From Leptonemataceae bacterium (GTDB taxonomy: Bacteria > Spirochaetota > Leptospiria > Leptospirales > Leptonemataceae), in contig OZ245742.1 of the NCBI GenBank assembly GCA_965227295.1, positions 1,600,001 through 1,664,000 of the forward strand: a stretch of 64,000 nucleotides of DNA, written 5' to 3'. Within the stretch, counting starts at the first letter, position 1, and every line of letters begins with the position of its first letter. Made by a program: the position numbers and the translations under genes. The notes under the pieces are model-generated. The model was not told the origin of the DNA. It ran no database searches and worked only from the letters and a program-made list of their open reading frames with translations. Shown here one piece after another: positions 1-10,641 of this stretch.

Positions 1-100
1 TCTTGCCGGGGCCGATTTGCCCCGGACCGACCTGACCCTGCAGCAGGGTGGGAACGGCCAGCAGAAGGAACATGATCATGACAGCTCTCGGTCGATGCAT
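1..100 (-). CDS. 5' end of a probable secreted protein running off the window (MHRPRAVMIMFLLLAVPTLLQGQVGPGQIGPGK...)
   Basis: ATG at 100 preceded by AGGA; signal-peptide-like hydrophobic stretch; frame open to the window edge. Confidence 0.5.
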   Translation of the reverse strand, partial: MHRPRAVMIMFLLLAVPTLLQGQVGPGQIGPGK

Positions 101-130
101 TAACAAACGTCCTGTAAGATATTTATAACA

Positions 131-916
131 TCAACTTAAAATTTCCACAAGCTCGGCGACCGACTCCAGCACGCCGTCCGGCTGCACTTTCGAGCGCGCC
201 ACGAGTTCCGGACGATACTTGCCGGTCTTTACGAGCACGCCGCGGAAGCCGGCGTTCTGCGCGCCGCCGACGTCCGAGTCGATGTCGTCGCCGATCATCA
301 CCATGCGTTCCGCCGGCACGCCCAGGTCTTCGCGAGCGGCGTCGAAGAAAGAATGCGAAGGTTTGCCGATGACCACGGCGTCTTTGCCCGTGGCGTACTC
401 GAGGCCGGCGACGAAGGCGCCGATGTCCAGGTGCAATCCCTCCGTGGTCTGGCTGTACTTGCTCTTATGCAGGGCCACCAGCTGCGCGCCCAGGGTGATC
501 ATCTCGAACAGCTTGTTCATGATCTGGTAGTTCCAGCGATCGCCGATGTCGCCGATGATCACGGCGTCCGGATTCGTATGCGCCACCGGAAAGGCCGAGA
601 AGTCTTTTTTTGTGTCGTCCGCCACGATCAAATGCACCGTGGGATTCTTGAAATGATGCTCCAGGTAGACGCAGGCGGCCTGGGCCGGACTGAAAATCTC
701 TTCTTTCTCAATGGGCAAGCCGAGATTCGTAAGCTTCTTGTGAAGCGCATCTAACGAAGACGTGGTCGTATTCGTGGTGAAACGACAGGGCAGGCCCCGG
801 GAACGCACGCATTCGATCGCTTTCCGGCCGCCGTCGATGGCGGAGTCGCCGACGTAGAGGACGCCGTTCAAATCAAAGAGCACCGCATCGACGTTCTCAA
901 AGAGATCACGCACCAT
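131..916 (-). CDS. HAD-superfamily subfamily IIA hydrolase (LHPP/HDHD2-like)
   Basis: Motifs FDLNGVLY, TNTT, IGKPS, MIGDDIDSDVGGA, LVKTGKY; start re-set to MVRDLF at 916. Confidence 0.9.
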   Translation of the reverse strand: MVRDLFENVDAVLFDLNGVLYVGDSAIDGGRKAIECVRSRGLPCRFTTNTTTSSLDALHKKLTNLGLPIEKEEIFSPAQAACVYLEHHFKNPTVHLIVADDTKKDFSAFPVAHTNPDAVIIGDIGDRWNYQIMNKLFEMITLGAQLVALHKSKYSQTTEGLHLDIGAFVAGLEYATGKDAVVIGKPSHSFFDAAREDLGVPAERMVMIGDDIDSDVGGAQNAGFRGVLVKTGKYRPELVARSKVQPDGVLESVAELVEILS

Positions 917-1054
917 GCATCGAAGAAACGACGGCAGCCACCAGAGCGCAAACGATTTTAGCCCGTGTCTCGAATAACTACTGGACATAATCCGACGAAA
1001 GTTGGTCCTGGCTATATAGCGCGTGTTGCGTGCGTCGCTCTGTGTTACGGAACT

Positions 1055-1387
1055 ATGAAACTGAACAACTACACGGAAAACGTATACGTGGCGCAGTCCA
1101 CGATTCACGGTCGCGGACTGTTCGCCAGAAAACTCATTGAACCCGGCGAGTACATTGGAACCTACGAAGGGCCGTTCGCGAAGCGCAATGGAACGCACGT
1201 CCTGTGGATTGAGGACGAGGACGGCCGGGAAGTCGGCATTTCCGGTCGCAACTCACTGCGTTTTGCAAATCACGCGAAGACTCCCAACGCCGAGTTCGAA
1301 GGTTTCGATCTCTACGCTCAAGAGAGCATCCAGCCGAACACCGAAATCACCGTGGACTACGGCGACGACTGGGAAGACGTGGGCTGA
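1055..1387 (+). CDS. Stand-alone SET-domain protein (putative lysine methyltransferase), 110 aa
   Basis: SxIHGRGLFA, RFANH and EITVDYG SET motifs; ATG at 1055. Confidence 0.88.
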   Translation: MKLNNYTENVYVAQSTIHGRGLFARKLIEPGEYIGTYEGPFAKRNGTHVLWIEDEDGREVGISGRNSLRFANHAKTPNAEFEGFDLYAQESIQPNTEITVDYGDDWEDVG

Positions 1388-3643
<2,256 letters not shown>

Positions 3644-3685
3644 TCAAGCTGCAAAGCCGCGCTGTAAGCCCTGTCACTCGCGGAC

Positions 3686-3900
3686 TCAGCCGTTCTGTAC
3701 GATCGCCCGAACGTTTATGCTGAGATTTCCCACCGGAGCGGCCGTATCTTCGCCCAGGCCGCGGACTTCCCGGCGCCCGGAGCCTGTCGCGCCCGGTGCG
3801 CCGAAGAGCTCTAACTGCATTTCGTTGATCATTACGATCCAGTAGTGCTTCCCGCCGGCCGCGGCGTAGATGCCGGCCTTCTCGCGATCATACTCCACCC
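3686..3900 (-). pseudogene. Truncated C-terminal remnant of a Uma2 (DUF820) family endonuclease
   Basis: EYDREKAGIYAAAGGKHYWIV...GNLSINVR aligns by eye with ELDRAKTGIYAEAGVPEYWIV...GNLNFPVR of the 13643-14233 gene; N-terminal half absent. Confidence 0.7.
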
Positions 3901-3945
3901 CGCCGGCGGCGACCCATTGCTTCCGCAAAAATTCGGGGCCGTCCG

Positions 3946-4302
3946 TTACCGTGCCAGGGCGTCTTCGAGGGTATCGCAGAAGGTTATCTCGTTCTTCTGC
4001 AAGACGGCGGAAAGCACGCGCAGCACCGAAGGTTGCAGGCCGACGACGCAGAACTTGCCCGCGCGTTTCGCGAGTTCGTGTTGGGCTTTGAAGATGAGGG
4101 CGATGGCGGAGCTGTCGATGAAGGCGGTCTCGCTCAGATCGAGAATGAGCTTCTCGGTTCCCGGATCTTCGACGGCCTTGAGCAAACCCTCACGGACGTC
4201 CGGCAGGGAAAACATGGTCACTTCCGACTCGTGCAGGCGGACGATGACCGTGCTGCCCCGGGTTTCGGAGGAAAGGATGTCGCGGTCTTCTTCTTCGGTC
4301 AT
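3946..4302 (-). CDS. STAS-domain anti-sigma-factor antagonist
   Basis: LILDLSETAFIDSSAIALI motif; 118 aa from MTEEED. Confidence 0.9.
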   Translation of the reverse strand: MTEEEDRDILSSETRGSTVIVRLHESEVTMFSLPDVREGLLKAVEDPGTEKLILDLSETAFIDSSAIALIFKAQHELAKRAGKFCVVGLQPSVLRVLSAVLQKNEITFCDTLEDALAR

Positions 4303-4396
4303 AAGAGGTTCGCGTGCGAACGCAGTCTGCGTTTTGCGCGGTAGTGCGCAAGTAAGAAAAGAATTGAAAATTACCCGCAGGGCGTTTCTCTTTCCC

Positions 4397-5020
4397 GTGC
4401 TCAATCGGCTGCACTGTGAAATTCTGGGCATCCCCGACGACGCCGGCGAGGACGAGGTCCGCCGCGCCTACCGTCGCCTGGCCCGGGACAATCATCCGGA
4501 TCGTTATCCCGCCGACCGTCGCCCGCGCCAGGAAGCCATCATGATGCGCATCAACGACGCGTATCGCCAGGTGCGACTGCACTTACGATCGGAAACAGTG
4601 ACCGGCCGGTCGTCGCCGCCGGCTCCGGAAACGCGCGGTTGGTACCACGATCTGCACGGCGACGACGTGCCGGTGAGCGACGCAAGCGGCGTCGGCCATC
4701 ACAAGGATCCGGCGTACGCGTACTACAAGCAGGGCTTCTTAAACTACAGCGCCGGCGTCGGCGGCATGCAGGCCGGTCGCGTTTCGAAGCTTCTCCCGAA
4801 TGCCGAGGGCCTCGCCCGGGCCACCACGGCGCTGCGTAAGTTCCAGGCGGCGTACTCTTATTTCATTCGTGTCGTCGAGGATTATCCGGACAGCATCTGG
4901 GCCCCGGATGCCGGCTACCGTCTGCGGCGCATCGAGCGGTTTAACATCATCTATCGACGCATTTACAAGAACCTGCAAGAACGTGTCGTCGAATCAGAGC
5001 CGCCCCGAACAGAAAGTTAG
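4397..5020 (+). CDS. J-domain (DnaJ-like) protein with C-terminal TPR-like helices
   Basis: EILG...RRAYRRLARDNHPD...INDAY; C-terminal YYKQG...VVEDYPDSIWAPDA TPR-like pattern; GTG start assumed. Confidence 0.82.
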   Translation: MLNRLHCEILGIPDDAGEDEVRRAYRRLARDNHPDRYPADRRPRQEAIMMRINDAYRQVRLHLRSETVTGRSSPPAPETRGWYHDLHGDDVPVSDASGVGHHKDPAYAYYKQGFLNYSAGVGGMQAGRVSKLLPNAEGLARATTALRKFQAAYSYFIRVVEDYPDSIWAPDAGYRLRRIERFNIIYRRIYKNLQERVVESEPPRTES

Positions 5021-5035
5021 AATGTAAGTTAAGAC

Positions 5036-5228
5036 TTTTTTGGGCGCGTCGCCTTCGGCGACCGCGCTTTCCGGGGCTCCGCCTTCGGCTGCGGTCTCGG
5101 CCTCCGGCCGAGACTGGCCTTCGGCCACCCCTCCAATCGCTCGCGCGAAGAGTTGTGGATTTCAAGCGCGAGGGGCACGCCCAAAAAAATCCGACCCGAT
5201 CCATTACACTCTGATTCGGGGCGTGCCC
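5036..5228. repeat. REP/MITE-like multi-hairpin intergenic element between convergent genes
   Basis: Hairpins gtcgcc-ttc-ggcgac, gcc-ttc-ggc, gtctcggcc-tcc-ggccgagac, tggcc-ttc-ggcca; ttttttgggcg (5036-5046) inverted to cgcccaaaaaa (5178-5188); gggcacgccc (5173-5182) inverted to gggcgtgccc (5219-5228). Confidence 0.75.
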
Positions 5229-5232
5229 GTAC

Positions 5233-7344
5233 TTAAGCCACATCCACCACGACGATCGTGAAGTCGTCGTCGAAGCCGCGACCGTGGTCGGCCCACTCGT
5301 GCAGCGACTCGAAGCAGCGTTCCGTAAGAGTTTCCGCAGTAAGGTTAGCGTGAAGACGCAGGAGATCGTGAAAACGATCTTCGCCGAACATTTCGCCGTC
5401 CCGATTGCGACATTCGATGATGCCGTCGGTGTACATCACCAGGCGATCGCCGGGATGCACGTCGGTTTCCATGAGGCGGTACTCGTACTCGCGCTTGATG
5501 CCGATACCGATCCCGCGCACCGAAAGTTCGCGAATGTCCGGCTCGCCCTCGGGCCGGCCGCCGTTGCGATGGTGCAGCAACACCGGCGGGTGTCCGGCCG
5601 CCGAGAGACTCAGGCGCCGGGAACGTAAGTCCAGGAATAGATACGACGCGGTCACGAAACCGTTGCTCATGCGATCGATGAGCGTGTTGTTCATGAAGTC
5701 CAGCAGGCGATCGGGGCGTCGGGCGTGCAGGTATTGGCCGGCGAAGGCGACCTTTACCATGGACGCGCCGAGGGCGGCCGGCACGCCGTGACCGCAGACA
5801 TCGGCAATGAGTACGCCCAGGCCGTCACCGGCTTCGAAAAAATCGTAGAAGTCCCCGCCGATGGCGTCCATGGGAACGTAGCGTCCGTGGACCGTGAGCC
5901 CGGGAATGCGAGGATAGTTTTCCGGCAGCGTGGCGAGCTGAATGTTCTTTGCGATGCTTAATTCTTTTTCGAGAGCGGTTAAGCGTTCCCGATCGCGCAT
6001 CATGCGGCGCAAGGAACCGGTCATAATGTTGAAGTAGCGCGTGAGCAGACCGATTTCGTCACGCATGGGAACGGGGAGGTGTACTTTCAGGTCTCCGGCG
6101 TTCACGCGTTCCATGCCCTGGAGCAACGAGTCCAGGCGTCGGGCAAAGATGCGCCGGTAGGCGAACGGCAAAAACGTAAAGACGCCGCCGGTAATGAAAA
6201 CGCTCAGGCCCATGAGCAAAGCGGCGAGTTCGTGGATCGCCTCGCGGAGTTCCAGATAGGCGAAGCCGACGCCGAAGCGCCGGCCGTCGCTGTCGAAAAC
6301 ATTCTCGAGAAAGTAGGTGGACGGGGCTTCCTGGTCCACGAAACGAATGCGCAGTTGCTGACCCCGGGCCAGTTTGAAGTCCATGACGATCAGGTCGTCC
6401 ACACTCAGACCCTGGCCGGTGTAGCGCATTACGGCGCCGTCTTCGGTGTACTCCAGGACGTAGTGGATATAGTCCGGAACGGCGCTGTAATCATCATGCC
6501 TCGCAAGATTGCCGATCAATTCGGCGGTATAGTACCGGATCTCTTCGACCTCCGATCGCGCCATGGCGAGCATGGAGGCGGAGATGGCCAGAAACAGCAA
6601 CGTACCGCCGGAAAGCGCGACGCTCAACAGGCGGTCCAGGAACGGCGTGCTTACCCGGGCATGGCCGAGGAGGGCCAGGTAAAACAACAACTGCACCAGC
6701 ATGGTGGATCCGCAGAGCAGCACGTAAAACGGCGCCCACATGGCGTCGTTCAGAAACGTGAAGACGGATACCATCGTAACAGCGAAGGTTGCCAGGGTGG
6801 CCACGGCGAAGGCAATGAACTGTTTCACGTAGCGTCGGCGAAAGAGCATTGCCTTGCGTACGATGACGATCAGGATCCAGGCCTGAGAGGCCAGGAAGAC
6901 CGTCTGTACCGGAAGCAACGCCCGGCCGGCGCCCTTGAAAAAATAAAACTGCGCCGCCACGTTAAAATGAATCGAGCGTCCGTAGGTCAGGTACACGGGA
7001 TACGCGGCCGCCGCCGTAGTGAGCAGGAGCATCAAACCCACGACGATCTTAGATTCTCTTCGGTGAATGTTAAAGGGGAAACTGTACACGAAGCCCGCGA
7101 ACACCGGGGCGATGAAGAAAACAGTCAGCACGCCGTACATGGAGTAGGCCGCCCAGGGGGCCAGGAAGGACGTGCCGATCATGTAAGCGATGTTGAAGAC
7201 GAGCCAGATTACGAAATAGGCGATGAGATAGCCCCGGGCCTCCAGGCGCGAGCGCATGCGCAGAAGGAAGTACAGGAAGGTCGCCGCCAGTAAAGCGACG
7301 GTGAAGAAGCCGGCGGATGGATACGTAAGGTACAGCGCTTCCAT
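5233..7344 (-). CDS. Membrane-bound SpoIIE/PP2C-type phosphatase with HAMP domain
   Basis: Multiple N-terminal TM segments, HAMP (DEIGLLTRYFNIM), GGDFYD, ADVCGHG, YTDGIIE, DDFT. Confidence 0.93.
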   Translation of the reverse strand: MEALYLTYPSAGFFTVALLAATFLYFLLRMRSRLEARGYLIAYFVIWLVFNIAYMIGTSFLAPWAAYSMYGVLTVFFIAPVFAGFVYSFPFNIHRRESKIVVGLMLLLTTAAAAYPVYLTYGRSIHFNVAAQFYFFKGAGRALLPVQTVFLASQAWILIVIVRKAMLFRRRYVKQFIAFAVATLATFAVTMVSVFTFLNDAMWAPFYVLLCGSTMLVQLLFYLALLGHARVSTPFLDRLLSVALSGGTLLFLAISASMLAMARSEVEEIRYYTAELIGNLARHDDYSAVPDYIHYVLEYTEDGAVMRYTGQGLSVDDLIVMDFKLARGQQLRIRFVDQEAPSTYFLENVFDSDGRRFGVGFAYLELREAIHELAALLMGLSVFITGGVFTFLPFAYRRIFARRLDSLLQGMERVNAGDLKVHLPVPMRDEIGLLTRYFNIMTGSLRRMMRDRERLTALEKELSIAKNIQLATLPENYPRIPGLTVHGRYVPMDAIGGDFYDFFEAGDGLGVLIADVCGHGVPAALGASMVKVAFAGQYLHARRPDRLLDFMNNTLIDRMSNGFVTASYLFLDLRSRRLSLSAAGHPPVLLHHRNGGRPEGEPDIRELSVRGIGIGIKREYEYRLMETDVHPGDRLVMYTDGIIECRNRDGEMFGEDRFHDLLRLHANLTAETLTERCFESLHEWADHGRGFDDDFTIVVVDVA

Positions 7345-7421
7345 ACTGGATGAAGCGGTGCGGGAAACGCCGGCCGGATTTTGGTGGCCGGAGGCGTTCC
7401 TCGCGCGAATGTGTCCATGCT

Positions 7422-7661
7422 GTGGATGCCTTCCAGAAAATCCTCGATCTTTTTCGTCGCCACGATGTGGGCGCGGGCTCCGTTCTCGCGAAACAACACC
7501 TGACGGACGAGATCATGAGCTGGCCGCCGGAGCAAAAGATGAAGATGCGTGACGCCTGGCATCGCCTCGTTGGCGAAGGTTACGTCATAGAAGGTGATCC
7601 CCGCGGGCCCACGCTTACGCCGAAAGGCCGGGCCGCTGTGGACCAGCTCCCGCCGTCCTGA
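7422..7661 (+). CDS. Small hypothetical protein, possible winged-helix fold
   Basis: LVGEGYVIE...TLTPKGR resembles the wing of wHTH proteins; GTG start uncertain. Confidence 0.6.
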   Translation: MDAFQKILDLFRRHDVGAGSVLAKQHLTDEIMSWPPEQKMKMRDAWHRLVGEGYVIEGDPRGPTLTPKGRAAVDQLPPS

Positions 7662-7745
7662 CCACGAATACCGTGTGCATCATTTCCCCGGGCTCATCCT
7701 GGCCACATCTCACCAATAAATCTGCCTACAAAACGTGCATTCATG

Positions 7746-7826
7746 GATTTTTTTGTGCTCCGCACTAAAAAATCACGTTCGTGCCACGGCCTCGTAAAGA
7801 ATTCTGCCGTATATATCAGTATATAC
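7746..7826 (+). promoter_or_regulatory. AT-rich inverted repeats upstream of the small ORF at 7901 (possible operator/promoter)
   Basis: 13-bp imperfect stem at 7746-7774 (loop tcc); gtatata-tcag-tatatac palindrome at 7809-7826. Confidence 0.4.
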
Positions 7827-7900
7827 AAGGTCTCAGCCGAGCACCGGGCCCTGCCTTCGACAAACGAGATCGAGGGTGTGGAGCGCCGGAAGGAGGTGCT

Positions 7901-8104
7901 ATGCTGACTCAAACTGAACAGACGGATACGAGAAACGGATCGATCGACATCCTGCTCGAACGCATCGGGCATCTGGAAGAAGAACTGCGGTCGATCAACG
8001 ACATCGCGGCCATGGCCAATCGCTCCATCCGCTCCCAGCGCTACGAAGAGCTGGAAGATTACCGGCAAATGCTGGAAGAACGCCTGCACGGGCCGGCGGC
8101 GTAA
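7901..8104 (+). CDS. Small acidic coiled-coil-like hypothetical protein (67 aa)
   Basis: Full SD AAGGAGGT just upstream of ATG 7901; host-like codon usage. Confidence 0.75.
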   Translation: MLTQTEQTDTRNGSIDILLERIGHLEEELRSINDIAAMANRSIRSQRYEELEDYRQMLEERLHGPAA

Positions 8105-8140
8105 AGCTTGCCGTCGGTGCCGGGCGGCCTAAAACAAGGT

Positions 8141-9475
8141 ATGTCACGGTGTACCTTGCGGGTCCTCGTCGCCACTCCCATCTTCATCGCTGCTCTCGCG
8201 GCGGTGCAGGCTCCCCTTCGCTCCGATTCCAGCACGACCTGGAATCGCCTCTACTCCAACGAAGCTTCCGCTACGTCGTTCCTGAAGAATAACTGGAACA
8301 AGTACACGGAGAACTATCATCCGAATTACGCCCTCGACGATCGGCCCGAGACGGCCTGGGTCGAAGGCGTGGAGGGCCACGGGGAACAGCAGAATCTCAT
8401 GTACCGTGTCTCGCCGCTGTCGGTGAAACTTTCGATTCGCAACGGTTACCAGAAGTCGAAGGCGCTCTTTGCGAAGAACTCCATGCCGAAGGACGTGATC
8501 GTTTCGTTGCACGCCCCGGGCATGCAAACCGTCGCCGAGAAGAAGTTTACCCTCCAGAAAAAGTGGGGCTTCCAGGACGTGTCGCTGCCGATTCCAGAAG
8601 AGCGCGGTTTCGCGTTTGTAAAGGTGACGGTACTTTCTGTTTACCCGGGGTCCACGTACGCGGATACCTGCGTTTCGGATATCCGCACGTTTGTGGATTC
8701 GCAGGTCGCCTACAATGCCGACGTGGAACTCGCGAAGCAGAAGCAACTCGATGCGTGGGTGAAGGAACGCTTTCAAACGGCGAAGTACTTCGCGGCCTTG
8801 CCGAAGGAGTATCCGTTTGCGGGTACGCAGTTTGATCGGCATACTGCTGCGATGAGCAGCGACGCCCAGGCGACGTTTGCGAGCAAACGCAAGGAGCTTG
8901 CCGCGATTCAGGAGAGACTGCGCGGTTCGAAGAAATGGTATCGCTGGGTGGCCGCCGACCAGATCAAATTACCGGATGGGCTCTGGCGCGTGGAGGATCT
9001 GGGACGGTTTCTGCGGCTTGAAAATCTGTCCTTCTTCGAACCCAGGGATAATGTCGAGTTACGTGAACACGTTCGTTCGGCCGCGAACAAGGATTTTGAA
9101 TTGGGCGAGGCGGAGCGATGGGTCAGCAACATTAAACAGGAAGCGGTTTCCGGTACGGACAGTACTCCGCGCTATCTGTACTTCTGGCATAAGGCTATCC
9201 ATGAAGAGCGGACCGTCTATGTAACGATGAGCCACTATCTTCTTGAGTATGATCAGAAAGGTCGTCTGATCCGATATTTTCTGACGCGGAACTTCGATGA
9301 TCGAGGCGAGCACATGCCCGGGGGCACGACGGAGTTAATAAAGGTGGTCCGATTTCAATGGATCGGGGGGCGGATCGCAAAAATCCTGGTAGAGGAAATG
9401 GAGGAATCGCGCCGGGTGACGGGGTCCGAGACAACAACCAGTTACCGCGTCAGTGCTTACAGTCCGGATACATGA
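8141..9475 (+). CDS. Secreted protein with N-terminal discoidin/F5-8 type C-like (NADase-translocation-type) domain and unknown C-terminal domain
   Basis: Signal peptide; ASATSFL...YHPNYALDDRPETAWVEG...IRNGYQKS...N..PK...TCVSDI pattern. Confidence 0.75.
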   Translation: MSRCTLRVLVATPIFIAALAAVQAPLRSDSSTTWNRLYSNEASATSFLKNNWNKYTENYHPNYALDDRPETAWVEGVEGHGEQQNLMYRVSPLSVKLSIRNGYQKSKALFAKNSMPKDVIVSLHAPGMQTVAEKKFTLQKKWGFQDVSLPIPEERGFAFVKVTVLSVYPGSTYADTCVSDIRTFVDSQVAYNADVELAKQKQLDAWVKERFQTAKYFAALPKEYPFAGTQFDRHTAAMSSDAQATFASKRKELAAIQERLRGSKKWYRWVAADQIKLPDGLWRVEDLGRFLRLENLSFFEPRDNVELREHVRSAANKDFELGEAERWVSNIKQEAVSGTDSTPRYLYFWHKAIHEERTVYVTMSHYLLEYDQKGRLIRYFLTRNFDDRGEHMPGGTTELIKVVRFQWIGGRIAKILVEEMEESRRVTGSETTTSYRVSAYSPDT

Positions 9476-10617
9476 AGCTACGCCGGCTGATGCGACGGCC
9501 CGCCGCTCTCACCGCCGCAATCCTCGCCGCCGGCATGGTGGGCGGTGCTCTGGTGGCCGATCACACCGGCCTGGCATTCCTGGGTTTCTCTCGCGGCCTC
9601 AAGTCCTTAGATGTCAATCAAAGTACCTTAGCGCCGGCCGAATCCCTGCGCGCGGAAGATTGCGGCAGTTGCCACCAGGATGTCTACACGGACTGGCGGA
9701 CCACCCGTCACGCCGTCGCCTGGACCAACGACGTCTTCCAGGACGGCTTCCGCGCCGATCAGCGTGATACCTGCGTCTATTGCCATGCGCCGCTCAAAGA
9801 ACAAAGCGCCGAGATCTTTGCGAACTGGAAGTACTACGCCGATCACCGGCCGCCGTTCGCGCAACTGGCCATGCCGCCGGGGACCGATCTCGCGCGCGAG
9901 GGCGTGAACTGCGCGGTCTGCCATCTGCGCGACGGCAAGATCCTTACCGCCAACGCCGAACAGCGCAGCCTGGCCCACGACTTTCGGTACGAGCCGCGCC
10001 TGAACGACGGCTCGTTCTGCGCGAACTGCCACGAATTCAACTTTCCCGTGTTTTACCAGGGCAAGGTCGCCGGCGAAACTGAAACGCCCATGCAGACGAC
10101 GTTCACGGAATGGCGCAACTATTCCGCGACGGCGCGGGCGGTCGGTCGTCCCGTCAAGAACTGTCGCGGCTGTCACATGCCCGGCGATCGACATACGTTT
10201 CGCGGCGCTCACGATCTTAAGTTGCTTAAAAGCTCCATCAAGATCGAGGCGATCCGCATGCAGGGCGCGTGCCGGTTCATTCTGCGTTCGATGAACACCG
10301 GCCACGAGAATCCCACCGGTGATTTGTTTCGCCACTACACCCTGGAGACGGCCGCGGACGGGACGACCTTTCGTTCGGTCTATCGCGTCGGCCGCTTGTT
10401 TCGCAATGAGGCGACGACGGACGGTCGTATCGTTACGCGCCTGGCCGAGAACACGGCGTTGCGCCCGTTCGAAGAACGGTTGGTTCTCGTGCCCTGCGAG
10501 CCGCACGAACCGCTGGCGTGGCGCCTGCGTTATCACTACACTTCGGAGAAAGACGAAATCCGCGGCGGGTTGCCCCTGGATCGAACCATCGTCACGATAG
10601 CGGACGGTTTTCTGTAA
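9472..10617 (+). CDS. Multiheme c-type cytochrome (5 CxxCH; c554-like)
   Basis: CGSCH, CVYCH, CAVCH, CANCH, CRGCH; N-terminal signal/TM; ATGA overlap with the upstream stop. Confidence 0.92.
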   Translation: MKLRRLMRRPAALTAAILAAGMVGGALVADHTGLAFLGFSRGLKSLDVNQSTLAPAESLRAEDCGSCHQDVYTDWRTTRHAVAWTNDVFQDGFRADQRDTCVYCHAPLKEQSAEIFANWKYYADHRPPFAQLAMPPGTDLAREGVNCAVCHLRDGKILTANAEQRSLAHDFRYEPRLNDGSFCANCHEFNFPVFYQGKVAGETETPMQTTFTEWRNYSATARAVGRPVKNCRGCHMPGDRHTFRGAHDLKLLKSSIKIEAIRMQGACRFILRSMNTGHENPTGDLFRHYTLETAADGTTFRSVYRVGRLFRNEATTDGRIVTRLAENTALRPFEERLVLVPCEPHEPLAWRLRYHYTSEKDEIRGGLPLDRTIVTIADGFL

Positions 10618-10641
10618 GCGCTAACATCTTGTAAGATGTGA

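Noticed and set aside
3845..4396. Long N-terminal extension of the J-domain ORF
   Set aside because: Antisense to the STAS gene
5036..5228. Possible CRISPR array, tRNA or UUCG-tetraloop RNA
   Set aside because: No regularly spaced identical repeats, no cloverleaf, no cas genes; stems close on 3-nt loops
6079..7293. 404-aa plus-strand ORF
   Set aside because: Antisense shadow of the SpoIIE gene; such shadows are expected at high GC and it has no motifs
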